Source: Phoronis australis (lineage: Eukaryota > Animalia > Phoronida). From it: a DNA stretch of 64,000 nt. The notes beneath the pieces were generated by a model. That model saw nothing but the letters and a program-made list of their open reading frames with translations, was not told where the DNA came from and searched no databases. The stretch is from NCBI GenBank assembly GCA_002633005.1, contig NMRA01000027.1, positions 981,788 to 1,045,787 of the forward strand, written 5' to 3'. This document shows, piece after piece, positions 13,560-25,345 of this stretch. Position 1 is the first letter of the stretch, and every line of letters begins with the position of its first letter. Made by a program: the position numbers and the translations under genes.

Positions 13560-14744
13560 GTTAACTGACTAGTAAATGAAAGCAAACGACGACGGAACTT
13601 AACATAACCGAGGTAGAACAATGACTGACTCGGCAGATCTCACAGTCAGACTATATGAAAAGAAATTGGCGCGAAATGCTTGCCTCCTAAAACGTCACTT
13701 CCGCAGTAGCGGACGAGTAATTAATAAAATTACGAAAAGCTGTAATTAAGTGGAAAATATCTCTAGGATAACCAACCAACCTTATTTTAGCTCAAAATGA
13801 CATGGAAAAAGGTTGTCTTCGCCTTTAACGGAGTTCGACACACGGCTGACTAGCTGCAGAGTGTTTTGACGATAGTCTTCATACAGCTAGCTGGATTTAT
13901 ACCTCAGTCTGTACATTTCTGATGCAATTTTTGAAACTATACATCTATATACTCTGTGTACTCTACAGTAGGCCTATTTTAAATGCATTCTTAGTTTTCA
14001 CTTTAAAAGAATATCTGATTAACGTACTTTGTGTCAAATGTTCTGGAAAGAAATTGTGCTGCCTGGGGAAAGACTCCCGCAGCCGCACACATTGCCTACT
14101 AAAATGTGGCAGTGACAGAAATTCTGCTTGAAGCTTTTAAAACGGTCTCTTCAAGAAGTATTCCTGCCTCTTGCGATGAGCACTCGGTTCACTCTTTGGT
14201 GTATCTATTTCCTCTCGACGTTTCCCACCAGCTGCTAGCCGTGCCAAAGCACGGGTAACGACTAGTACAGATCATAATTAATGAAAGGAGTCTCGGTAAC
14301 ACTAATTTGCAGGGTGGAATATAAATTGTAGTGGCGGACCATTAATTTTTTCCTCAATGTCTTAACGGAAACACCCTAAGTTCGTTTTTGCGACTTCGAT
14401 AACACCTGAAGCTATTTAGATGAACCCTGACTTGTTCATATACATGTATTTATCATCTTCACCTATGTTGAACGGAGCTTCTAAAGGGACATGTCGCGTG
14501 CCGGTAAGAATACGTCGTCAAGCACTCGACATAAAAGAGACTTAGCTGCCTACGTGACTCGAAACGAAGAGAGTCCCAGCTCTAACAACCAACCCGATAT
14601 TTGAAATCGTGAACTGTTAGATGTTATGAACAGTAGATTTGAAAAACTGGTCGTCAGACTTTAAATCACTCAGACAAGACTACGCCGTATCGAGACTGTG
14701 AAGAGAGTGCTCTTCAACGTAAACAAGTCAGATTGTAGAAGGAA

Positions 14745-15120
14745 AAATTGACGACCTCGAGAATAGGTCACGCCGAAACAAAATCTTTCACGGTATCCCA
14801 GAAGACGACCATGAAAATTGGGACCAGTCGGAACTGAAAGTTGAGAATTCAGTTTATGAAGGATCACCTCGACGTGGACGAAATAAAAATAGAGCGCGCT
14901 CACAGAACCGGCCGAAGGTTCACAGGTACACATCGCCCCATTATTGCCAAATGCGCCCTAAGGACAAACAACGAGTCACGAAGAAAAGGAAAAGTATAGA
15001 GAATCGTGACATATTTGTAACCGGGGACTTCGCTCTCCGGGTAAAGCAGGCCAAGACGCAAGTTATACGAATATTGCCGATCGCAAAACATGTTGAACGC
15101 AAACATTAGCTTTGACAAGT
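14745..15120 (+). pseudogene. LINE ORF1 remnant
   Basis: KIDDLENRSRRNKIFHGIPEDDHENWDQSELKV, then after frameshifts IKIERAHRTG..PIIAK..IFVTGDFA. These are typical ORF1p coiled-coil/RRM motifs. Confidence 0.8.
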
Positions 15121-15149
15121 TAATAAAAAACGGTCAAATGTATCATTAT

Positions 15150-15700
15150 AGACCCTATTCACGCGGCGGCCATTAAGATCCAAAGCGAGGCTCACTGCGA
15201 TAAACAAAGCGAAAGTAGACATTGCGTGAGCTAAATAGCCGGTCTTTCGAGTCCAACCTGGATATTAAATTTTAATGATGTGTCGACAATTAACCACAGA
15301 GACGTAGAAAATTACATTAGAGAACAAGTTAAGGCGCCAAAGAGTTGTCTGATGAAAGGGTTTAATTTTTTTCGGAAAACTAGGTTCGAAACATGAAAAG
15401 TAAATATGACCAAATTGCGGCGATCGTAGTGTTACGGATTAGGTATTATGATGAATGCAGGGTTACGTTTTTTCTTGTAAATTGTTGATCAAAATACTTT
15501 CTACGCGGACCAGGTCATCTGCTCGTATTGTTGACGAGTTGAAGACATATTCGACAGTGGTGTCTGTCATGTGCAATTAGTCACATCTGGTTTAATTTGT
15601 TGATCAAGAATATTAACATCAAGCTTAGCCTGATCCTATGCACTCACTGGGACTAACAGTTGATTTGTCATTGGTCTGAAAGAATAATTGATGTTATTAA
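15150..15700 (+). mobile_element. Left end of an ISL2EU/Harbinger-like element
   Basis: AT|AGACCCTATTCACGC terminus. About 550 bp are highly similar to 21668-22268. Confidence 0.55.
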
Positions 15701-16290
15701 GGGCCGCTTAGAACATGTTGTACAGGCTAGATGAAAATAATAGACATGTGTATAATTGGGCAAGCTCAGTCCTCAATTTATTGTCAATGTATGGTTTCTA
15801 TGATGTTTGGGTAAATCTAGGAGTCGTGTGTCAAGAGTCATTTGGGTATATTTTCTCATGTGTTGAGAAGTGTTTTGCAAAGGTAGCAGCCCGATGTTGA
15901 TTCCAATTCTAAATTAAACTATTACAACAATTTTAAGGTTGTATTCGAACATGAATACTAATTAGAAGTTGATAATCTTCCAAGAGTGTTTGTGCAAAGT
16001 TTTACACGTTTTCGATGTTCAAACCACAGACTGGCAATAGAAATTGGTCGTCACGTAAATGTGATATATCAATACAGATTGTTTACATAATGCTCGACGA
16101 ATTGTGTCGAAGATGAATATCACTTTTTGTTAGTTTGCGACGCTTGTTCCGAAATCAGAGATAAGTTTCTACAGTTAGAGCCTCTGGAAAAGTCCTTACT
16201 TGTTTAATTAAATTTCATGGTCTGTTACGTAATCCTGATACCTCAGTAGTGACATATGTATACTACGCCTCTAAAAACGGAACAGCTTGA
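15700..16290 (+). pseudogene. LINE ORF2 C-terminal (CCHC) remnant
   Basis: FKVVFEHEY..FTRFRCSNHRLAIEIGRH..CVEDEYHFLLVCDACSEIRDKF, interrupted by stops. Confidence 0.8.
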
Positions 16291-16315
16291 GTATTGCCGA
16301 CTAGTGTGCATAGCA

Positions 16316-16461
16316 CATGGGCGGCGCAGCTCTGAAAAAAGTGGGGGCTAAAGCCCCCCTCAGCCCCCCCGGTGGTGAACCGCCTATAGACCATGTGCGG
16401 CGTAGCACTAACAAAAAGTGGGGCTATAGCCCCCCCAGCCACCTATGGTGCGCCGCCCATG
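16316..16461. mobile_element. Short GC-rich MITE
   Basis: CATGGGCGGCGCA...TGCGCCGCCCATG TIRs, flanked by TAGCA on both sides. A family member is at 24162-24310. Confidence 0.7.
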
Positions 16462-16547
16462 TAGCACCGCATTGACCTTGTTTGTTTGTTTGTTTATTTG
16501 TTTGTTGTACTTTGGGCCGATGGTCACGTGTACAAATAAAGAAGAAC

Positions 16548-16872
16548 AAGCACCAAGGGGTTCTAAACGAGTACCTTGTTGCGCGTAGAAATGTACAAAT
16601 TTTGCTTAATCTACGCGTATTTGTAATTAGTTCGTATTGTCCAATCACGCTCGTGCTCTCAAATTAATTGATGAAGAGCAGGACGATGGCCATTTGAGAA
16701 TTAAAAGTACGCATAGATTAAGTAAAAGTACGCGTGGATTAAAAGTGCGCGTAAGCTAAGCAAAAGTACTCTTAGATTAAGCAAACGTACGCGTAAATTA
16801 TGCAAAACTACGCGTTGATTAAGTACACTTCAACCCGCAAAGAGTTACTCATTTAAGAACCCTTTGGTGCTT
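16548..16872. mobile_element. MITE with an internal tandem array of about 22-bp units
   Basis: AAGCACCAAGGGGTTCT...AGAACCCTTTGGTGCTT TIRs. Internal AAAGTACGCGTAGATTAAGCA-like repeats. Confidence 0.65.
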
Positions 16873-17754
16873 CATAAAAAAGGAGACCCGACGAAAACTC
16901 GCTTGTCCAAACATTTCAAAAATATTTGATGGCAGCAAATTTAAAATTATGAAGATATCTGATTAAAATGACTTGAGTTCACGTTGATGATATTATTGAC
17001 TAACAAATATCTATTCATCAAAATAGCCACGAGAGCACATATACTGTCCTTGGATTGTTTATACGTGTCTTCCTTGTTTTCCTTGTTTTTATTGTTGTCC
17101 AGATGAATAATGATGTAAAACGCCGCTCTACTTTACTTGTCGTGATTTTTTGTGATTTCTTAAGCCATGTAGAACCGCAAACTGTCGCCATTTTGTGTTC
17201 TAGTTGCGACGGTTGCAAGTACACTGTACATAAAGTGACGACAGTTTGTGCCCAACTGCCAAAGGTAATTCGTCGTACTCCTGAAAACATCGAAAATTTG
17301 TTGTGGACATGCATACATGTACGCTGAGCCAATTTGTAATAGTGTGAAGGGGCTTTAAAATACCGGGAAGGGGAATACAAACTGAAAACCGGTTTGAGCG
17401 TAGAAGACGGAACATCTTTTGTAATAAACAGGGGAGCTATCGTGGCCCCTTGTGCCTCTCGTAAGTGCGCATATATCCTACAGATATACATGTATTGGTG
17501 TTTCATACAAACCTCAGTATTGTCCAGTGCTTAGCGAAAGTAAGTGTCGCGTGTGCCGAATATTTGAGAGGGAACAAAAAAAACAACGGGGGAAAACAAA
17601 TTTTAAAAAAATGCGACGGAACGCAAACATTTTGTGAGAGAACGCAAATTTGCGATATAACGCATAATATTTGCGAGGCAACGCAAAATATTTGCGATTG
17701 AACACAAAAATGTTAAAATTTACGTTTTGCATCATGTCCCTTTAGAAACTCCGT

Positions 17755-19810
17755 GAAGAAGCTGGCTCAAGAAGTACTTACAAATAAAACACTTCCTTGA
17801 CACAGCGCCTGCACTAGCATAATTATGATATCAGGTGACACAAAGAAAAACAAACGCTTGTCCGGTAAACACAGTCCTTGTATACAGATTGAAGGGGGCA
17901 AAGGATATTTCGATTTCAACTAAGCATTTAGCAATTGGATGATCATGGTTTAACGACGTTTTCCTGGTGGAATAAACATGAATCGATTTATCTTGACTGT
18001 CCAGATTATCCTAAAACGGAAATAAGGCGTGCTTAGAAGCACTAAAGAATAGTTCCTTGAGTCAATATTTACCCGGCATTCAATTCAGAAAGATAGTGCT
18101 GTGGGACACCCGGATGAGAACACGACCCTGGGTCACACACTTGATTTGTGATTTCTGTTTTATTCGGGTTACTGGGCAAATAGTTGTCGTATGGAGATGA
18201 CATGAGGACCACGTAGGAGCACTCCAGTCTCTTCACCAGGATGTTGTCCATTTTGCAGTTGCTGGTTATTGTCTCGTCATTTGTTTTCACACACTGTCTC
18301 AGAGGGTATGTTTAACACTCAAGATGAGCTTTTCTCTCGTTGCATTGAATCAGCCTCACCAACAGTTGTTTTAAGTTCCCAACGTTTGCATTATATACAG
18401 TGCATTGGTTTTATATCGCTTTCTTTTATTTTTTATGATTGAAATTTACTTAGTGTGTGCTTTTTCTAACTGCGGCGGTCACACTGAAGGTGAAATGGAG
18501 ATTGTGGTCATTGAACAACTAGAACCGCTGGCCAAATGTATGAACCTTGCACACGTAAATTACGGGCGTTAATTAATCATTATTAACGGCATAATAATTA
18601 ACCACTCTGTTAATTACATCATTTTTGGCTATAATACTGTCATCGAATTAATATGAACTTTTCATCTCATTTGTTTGGCGATTGTCCGTTTTTTATTTTA
18701 ATTAACATACGTCGTTAAAAGTTAGTTTGTGTCGCAGCTACTTTTAAGTAAGTCAAAATTTTAGCCGTAAAAAGTAGATTTAGGCCCTAAAGTTTAATTT
18801 TCGCCGTTAATTATTATAGTTTCACGTAAATAACTTACGTTCACCATTTTTTCCAGCGATAAAACAATTCACGTTTATCTTTATGCCCTCTACAAGCCTA
18901 CCATGGCTTATTTCTCGAAAAGGCGCCCTAAGCCAGTCTAGTTTCCTTGTTTCATACAAGTATGTATCGTGTTTCAGCGATTTAAGCTAGTTTGAGCGTT
19001 GAGTCAATTTCACACTTAGGTGATGCATCACAGGGTAGAGTAGCGCTGTAAAGTTGCATTCGTTGTTTGTTAGAGCATTTTCTTTGTCGGTATCGAGCTC
19101 GGTTAATTAACGTTCAATGTTAAGTTTTATACAGTGCGTTAGTGTTCCTTCGATAGCTACTGAAGCTAAAAACTTATGTAGGACTTTATCTAGGGGTTTG
19201 TAAATTCAGCCAAATATCTACAAAGTATTGGATTTAACTGCGTATAAATGTATACCTTCTGAAAATAGAAATTATTCAGAATTGAATTTTTGACCAATCT
19301 GTCTTTATCTGAGGCACGTGATCGTGTCTTTTTATTAAAAGTTGACAAAAAGGCACACTCGTAATAAAACAACGGTAGGATCAACATAAACAATTGTGTT
19401 ACAGTTTTCTAAGTTATGGTTTCATTTTCATTTATACATGTTTAAAGATTTTCCATAAACATCGTAAGTGGTTTTACTTCCTAATACCCTCCATACAACG
19501 GTGGAATATTTGTAAAACAATCGAAAGAGCGGTTTGGAGAAAAGTGGCTAAAGCATAGTGTCTGAGCAAAAATAAGTTCTCCTAGTAAAAAGTCCATAAT
19601 GTAAACCGATTTACTTAATGTTGCTGAATAGTGTTTTTTACCATTTTGATTGGCTATGAATTTCCGGAATTTAAACAAGATAATATTTTGTGAGTATTCA
19701 AAAAGTCTTGTTTTTTTCCACACTGAAATTGATATGATTCGCAATAGATTACCTAAGTGTCGGAATGATGTTGCGCTTATTGTTACAGAGTGTAAAAACG
19801 CGAGCACTTT
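17755..19810 (+). repeat. Intergenic segment repeated at about 61130-63870
   Basis: Colinear similarity, for example CTGTCCAGATT.TCCTAAAACG, CAAGATGAGCTTTTCTCTCG and AAGTGTCGGAATGATGT occur in both. Confidence 0.9.
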
Positions 19811-19950
19811 TGTACCCGGATAAAGAACCTAATGAGTCAGTCATTGTTATATCTCGGTTGTGATATGTTCGGTCGTCGTTTGCTTTTATTTAGGAGTCAG
19901 TCAACATGCCACGCAGGGCTGCTTACAGGCTTGGGCCATAATGAGTACAT

Positions 19951-20219
19951 CCCGGTACGCAGCAATAGTGTGGCATGTTGACTGACTCGTAAAGAAAAGC
20001 AAACGACGAACGAACTTATCACAACGAAGGTAGATCAATGATTGACTCGACAGCTCTCACAGTCAGACTATTTGAAAAGAAACTGGCGCGAAATTCTTGC
20101 CTCCCAAAACGTCATTTCCGAAGTAGAGAACGAGTAATTAATTAAATTACGAAAAGTCTGGTATAAACAACGAACCTTCTTTTTGCTAAAAATGACATGA
20201 AAAAATGTTGCCTTCGCCT
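19951..20219 (-). mobile_element. Terminal fragment of the same Kolobok family, directly upstream of gene B
   Basis: Aligns to 13536-13824, covering the THAP start codon region and the TIR. Ends in CCTTCGCCT|TTAA. Confidence 0.85.
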
Positions 20220-20628
20220 TTAAGAAAATCTCTATCGTCCGATTCCCAAAAACAGCAAAGTGCATTAGATGCTTGCCACTCTGAAATAATACTCTCAGAA
20301 GTAATTGGGGTGTTGGTGAATGTTGACGTACAGGTTGGCAGTACATCATTTCGGCACACTAAGGTCAAAAGCGTGTGTAACGTCAACGCGTTTTCCAGAG
20401 AAAGCGTGTATTGCACTCGCTCAAACAACTGTGTTCCTCAGGATCAGTACAAGTGCAATACCATCGTCGCTGCACAAAGCACGCTCTAATCTAGTCGTTG
20501 ACAGACCACGATCAGATCGTAGTACAATGGCGGATTCTATAACAACGTATCGTGTTCTTTTGATAACACGTGCATTGCTCTCGTTGACACTGAATTTGTG
20601 CAAGTGCTTTGCAAAGGTCCCTGTGGCA

Positions 20629-20719
20629 ATGTACAAGTGAATCTGGTGGTGGCACTATGCAGTTAGACTGAAGCTGCGGGCTCGTGCACCAATTTTGGTG
20701 ACAGAGGTATGCACTGTAA
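20629..20719 (+). CDS. Copy B, putative exon 1 (signal peptide), apparently disrupted
   Basis: The phase-2 donor TGTAA|gtaagt matches exon 2. That frame reads LVVALCS*TEAAGSCTNFGDRGMHCN. The ATG at 20629 is out of frame with it, and a TAG lies at 20664-20666. Confidence 0.5.
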
Positions 20720-21027
20720 GTAAGTTCATTAAATCTGCCTTGCTTGTGCTCGTGAACATGTTGTGAATCAGAAACCACTAGTTATGCTTTAAAGTCGATG
20801 GTGCATGCAACATTGCTCCGTCGCGCCACAACGACTTAGAAATCTAGTACAATTTCATGAAGCCCTCATAGGCAGGCATCGGACATTTAGGACCACGATG
20901 GAGGGGCACCAATGTTTGGCGAAATCACTTAGTTTGTACCTCTAAACACTGGTTTTGTCTTGCAACGGCCCTGGTCGACAATAGTTTCATGAGCCAATGG
21001 TGATGACGTACTCGTTTCTATTTGCAG

Positions 21028-21141
21028 TCCCACAGGCAGTGTGTGCACGTACTATGTAAGCGTATCGTATTCGCAAAGCTACTCGACGAGATACAGCGAG
21101 AAGTGTGGTTTCTGGAATTGGGGTAGATGCAACCGATACAG
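21028..21141 (+). CDS. Copy B exon 2, EMI domain N-terminal half
   Basis: Acceptor tttgcag|T and donor AG|gtacgt. Reads PTGSVCTYYVSVSYSQSYSTRYSEKCGFWNWGRCNRYR. Confidence 0.85.
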
Positions 21142-21667
21142 GTACGTGTTTTGCCAGAGAAGTATATTCAGCACGCACTGTGCAGGCCCAGTTGCCATAG
21201 CGTCCCAAATTTTTCACAACTTCACAAGTGCCTAAATTGTAATGGTTTCTACCCCGGAATTTTCTTGCATTGCTATCTACTGTCATAGTCAGCGTTGTCT
21301 GTGTTTTCAAGTATGATCCTGCGTTAGTTTAACACTCAAAAGGTATATGCAAAAGATAAACTTATGGAGCAACATGACACCTTACTACCTTATATTAGCA
21401 ATTCGTTCCTAAGACTAGCTGACTCCCAATGACATTTTCAAATTAGCAACCGTTCAGCGGCTGGGAGCTAAATGTAACTGCGGCATACGACGGAATGGCT
21501 GAGAGAGGGGAAACTGTTTTGCTAGGAAGAATATTCATATACAGTGCAAGTCAAAAATCTTCCGATAAAATGACCCAGAATTCTCCCTCATGAAGCTTGG
21601 TTGGAAGCTGAATTCATCGTTAGAGCAGTTTTGACATACTACCGTGTACTATTGAAATTTCCCTAAT

Positions 21668-23095
21668 GGCGGACATTAAAATCCAAAGCGAGGCTCACTG
21701 CGATAAACAAAGCGGAAATTTACATTGTGTGAGTTAAATGGCTGGTCTTTCGAGTCCAACCTGGATATTTTAATATTTTTACACATTTTTAAGATTTAAA
21801 AATCTTTAAAATGTGTCGACAATTAACCACAGAGACGTAGAAAAATACATTAGAGAACAAGTCAGTGCACCAAAGAGTTGACTGACGAAAGGGTATAAGT
21901 TTTTTTTCGGAAAACTATTTTCGAAACATGAAAAGTAAATATGATCAAACTACGGCGATCGTCACGGTAGTGTTACGGATTAGGTATAAGGCTGAATGCA
22001 GGGTTACGTTTCTTCTTGTAAATTGTTGATAAAAATGCTTTCTACACGAACCAGGTCATCTGCTGGTATTGTTGACGAGTTGAAGATATATTAAACAGTG
22101 GTGGCTCATCGCATCTTGCTGTCATGTGCAATTAGTCACATCTGGTTTAATTTGTTGATCAAAAGTTATATAGCCTATGTCCTGGTGAGGCAGGAACTAC
22201 TGGGACTAACAAGTGATTTGTGACAAATCATTTGTCATTGATCTGAAAGAATAACTGATGTCATTAAATATATTTTTATTAAAATAAAAGACCAGGCTAT
22301 TAATTGTAAATAAAAATTATTTGACCACTTTTTAAATTTTGAAAAAAAAAATAAAAAACGAGCACAGCCTCAGAAATCACTTTCGCATTATATCCAGGCT
22401 CTCATTCACTCCATTGCACACATTCACAAGTAATTATTTGACCATCAATTCTGCTTTCTTGGTTTTAATAATTCTTATATATGTCTATTTCATGTGTTAG
22501 GTTTTAAATATCAATCTGGACCAAGTTGAATTTTAAAATTAAAACACCTAACTCGTTCTTCCAAAGCATAACATTGTTTCTGTGTTGTTTCAAATTGTTA
22601 CCTGTGTGGATACAGGTGATTTGAACTTTGGAGAGAATTTTTCAATCACTAGGGGAATTCTTAGGGCCTCGTGGGAGGAATTTCGGGGATTTTTGAGAGT
22701 TGAATAGGGCCGATATTCGGCCCCCAAATCGAAGGATTGAGGGCCCTGTGTTTTTGGAAAGAAACATGCGTCATCTTTCAACCCGTAGTCATGACCGAAG
22801 ATTCTCCGGTCGTTGCTATGATGCTCGTCAACCGAGATGCGACAAAATATGATCTAACTTTCGGAAAACATTTATAAATTTACAGGGACATATTTTCCTT
22901 CGTCGCACGTATGGCAACGACCCAACGCTTTGGAATCTCATCGTCCTCAGGGACTGTAAAACAGACAGTTGAGTGTCCGTATTTTTTCTAGACGTTCAAG
23001 CAACGCGGAATACAACTAGTATGCCGATAAGCCAACAGAGATATCGTAGCGAGCCTCGTTTTGGAACGCACCTCCTGTCGGCGTGAACTAGGTCT
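21668..23095. mobile_element. ISL2EU/Harbinger-like element remnant with a THAP pseudogene
   Basis: The right end GCGTGAACTAGGTCT|AT is the inverse of the family left end at 15150. The minus strand at about 22895-23025 reads SCIPRCLNV*KKYGHSTVCFTVPEDDEIPKRWVVAIR/DEGK, a THAP-like sequence. Confidence 0.6.
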
Positions 23096-24161
23096 ATAGC
23101 CATGTTTTGACGCTCGACTGAAATGGAAAAACGGGACAGTTTCGATAGCTCATTATGCTACTGTATCTGCGGTCTAAATCATCACTTAATGGGTTGGTTA
23201 TTGACAGTTCAAAGTTTTTGTGTTATTATTTGTTTTCAAAAATCTTTGCTTTCTGCCATCATCCATTTGGCACTCAATGTGACGCAATTATCAATTTTAA
23301 GCAAGTAGAAAGTTCATTAGATGAGAAGGTATTGGGGAAATACAAGAATTGTACATGACCTGCAAACAAAACACGTGATCACAACACCTTCCTTATCGAG
23401 ATTCTCGATTCTACGAAACTCTATCAAGACATAACCAGGATCTTCACAGTGACGGATTTAAAAGGGGGCCATGCTCCCCCCTCTCTAAAATTCTCCCAGA
23501 TTCCATTTGGCAGTACAGGGTTGCAAATATCTGACGGGCAAAATTCAAGCCCTCCTAACTCAACATCTTGGATCCGATGTTCGACGTCTGATTTTCGCTG
23601 TTAAGCACTACGAAGAAATTATGATTTTGGTAGAAACCGTTCGTGAACATTGAATGGATTTGTCAAAAACATACCAGCCATTTGATTTAACAGCCAAAGA
23701 TATGCTTTTAGCAATCTGATGGGTCAGGAATATGTAGTTTAATACTTTTGCGTAGGGATCTACACTTGAGTAAAAGAACGATGAAAATCAATTAAATTCG
23801 TTCCCAAAGGGGAAGTCATTGATTATCATGGTGTAGAGAAACGAGTATTATAGCCACAAGAAATTATTGGACAGGTGGACCCCTATGGCATATTTAGTTC
23901 TCTGATGTATTTCACTTTTTCTCAATGTGTGCGTGCGCGTGAGTGTGCACGAGAGTGGTGTGCTTTACAAGAAACTTTGCTCAAACAGCGGTGAGATGTA
24001 CTTCGTCAACAGATTTTCAAAACTAAGGTGTAGACAGAACGCATTGGTATCTGAAAGTTTGATTTCACCCCTTTGGCGTTGAGCAGGGTAATTACCGCAT
24101 TAGAGATGACTTCAAGACAATAAGACATTGGCTGAAATATTGCAAACTATCGGGGACAAAA

Positions 24162-24310
24162 CATGGGCGGCGCACCATAGGGAACTGGGGGCTATAGTCC
24201 CCCCACTTATTTCAGTGCTGTGCTGCCAATGGTCATGGGCGGCACGCAGCATAGGGGGCTGGGGCTACATGTATAGCCTCCCCACTTTTTTCAGTACTGC
24301 ACCGCCCATG
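24162..24310. mobile_element. MITE of the same family as 16316-16461
   Basis: CATGGGCGGCGCA...TGCACCGCCCATG. Confidence 0.65.
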
Positions 24311-25286
24311 TTAAATTGGGTAATTTTTCTATCAAATTTGCTTTCGAAATTGGATTTTCCATGAAAGATTTTGGTGTGGCCGCTTTTTCCCCGAAGAAAT
24401 ACTGTGAATCTTAGCTAAAATACGATGTCGTTTTTTCTATTGTGCTTACCAAGGGAAGTGTGTGTTTGCTGTAATGCCGGGTACACATTTGGTTTATGAC
24501 CTGTGAGCGCCATCAAAAGATTGAGAGAACACCTTAACAATAACAAACTTGTTACCTGATCCTGAAAGCTCTTTGGACTGGAGTTGAAACTGTACGGGTT
24601 ACATTTTTGACTATACCAATAAACTATTCATGTTCAAAAACAATGGAAAGCACTGAGGGACACATCTATAAATTCGAGCTGGCACATTTGACAGAATTTC
24701 ATTCAAAGAATCCGAGAAAGTAGGCGTTTTAACGTTTAAAAGTGTGTGAAACATTTTCCTCTGAGTGACAAATACCATGCCAACTCATGAAATATGACGT
24801 CGCTTTCGTAAAATGTTTTAAGTCACAGTTGACAAATTTTCGTTATTCAAGGGGTAATCAACAATTGGTCGCACTTCAAAACCACTTGCCCGTCGGATGG
24901 AAGGCAAAACCAAATGGATGGTGATCAAACGAGTTTTCCGGACTTCAAAACGCGACGGCCTGATTCAAAAATCTAGTCGGCTGGAACCATAACACGATAG
25001 CCGGTGCTATAACCAGTGATAAAACACGACAGCCGGACTTCCTCAGGGACTCGCTTTGAATGCTTAGAAGTATTGAAGCGACATCTAGTGTTTAGTTTTT
25101 GTATCCATTTGTTTGTTATGTTCAATATCGGCGATATGTTCGGCCATTGAGTTTGACCACCGGTCGACATGTCTTGACAACTATTTGTTTAGGTGCGGCC
25201 ATCTGGTTTGAGGTACGGCCAACCTGTTTTGAGGTCCGACCACCAAGTTAGAACACCTGCCATTGGGTATTGCAGTCCAGCCAGCT

Positions 25287-25345
25287 GGTTTTGAAGTCCG
25301 GTCAAGTGGTTTTGAAGTCCGGTCAAGTGGTTTTGAAGTCCGACC
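25287..25345. repeat. 21-bp tandem repeat (GGTTTTGAAGTCCGGTCAAGT, about 3 copies)
   Basis: Directly visible. Inverted units near 24872 and 24940 suggest subterminal repeats of a decayed DNA element. Confidence 0.7.

Larger units (their letters stand above)
12164..13824. mobile_element. Kolobok-type DNA transposon, internally deleted
   Basis: TTAA|AGGCGAAGGCAACC...GGTTGTCTTCGCCT|TTAA, with about 160-bp TIRs, a TTAA TSD and AG..CT termini. Carries convergent THAP-transposase and KolX-like remnants. Confidence 0.88.
14472..17754. mobile_element. TIR-bounded 3.3-kb composite insertion
   Basis: 22-bp TIRs ACGGAG(C/T)TTCTAAAGGGACATG. Subterminal 20-21-bp repeats (TTTGCGAGGGAACGCAAAA-like) at 17560-17720. 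Absent from the paralogous spacer near 61025-61130. Confidence 0.7.

Noticed and set aside
16700-17720. Arrays of 20-22-bp repeats (also at 25287-25345 and 56600-57040) that superficially resemble CRISPR arrays
   Set aside because: The units are adjacent and degenerate with no unique spacers, they lie inside TIR elements, there are no cas genes, and the context is eukaryotic.
20629-20716. Selenocysteine or readthrough of TGA at 20638 (MYK*IWWWHY...)
   Set aside because: That frame splices at phase 0 and does not join the EMI reading frame of exon 2.
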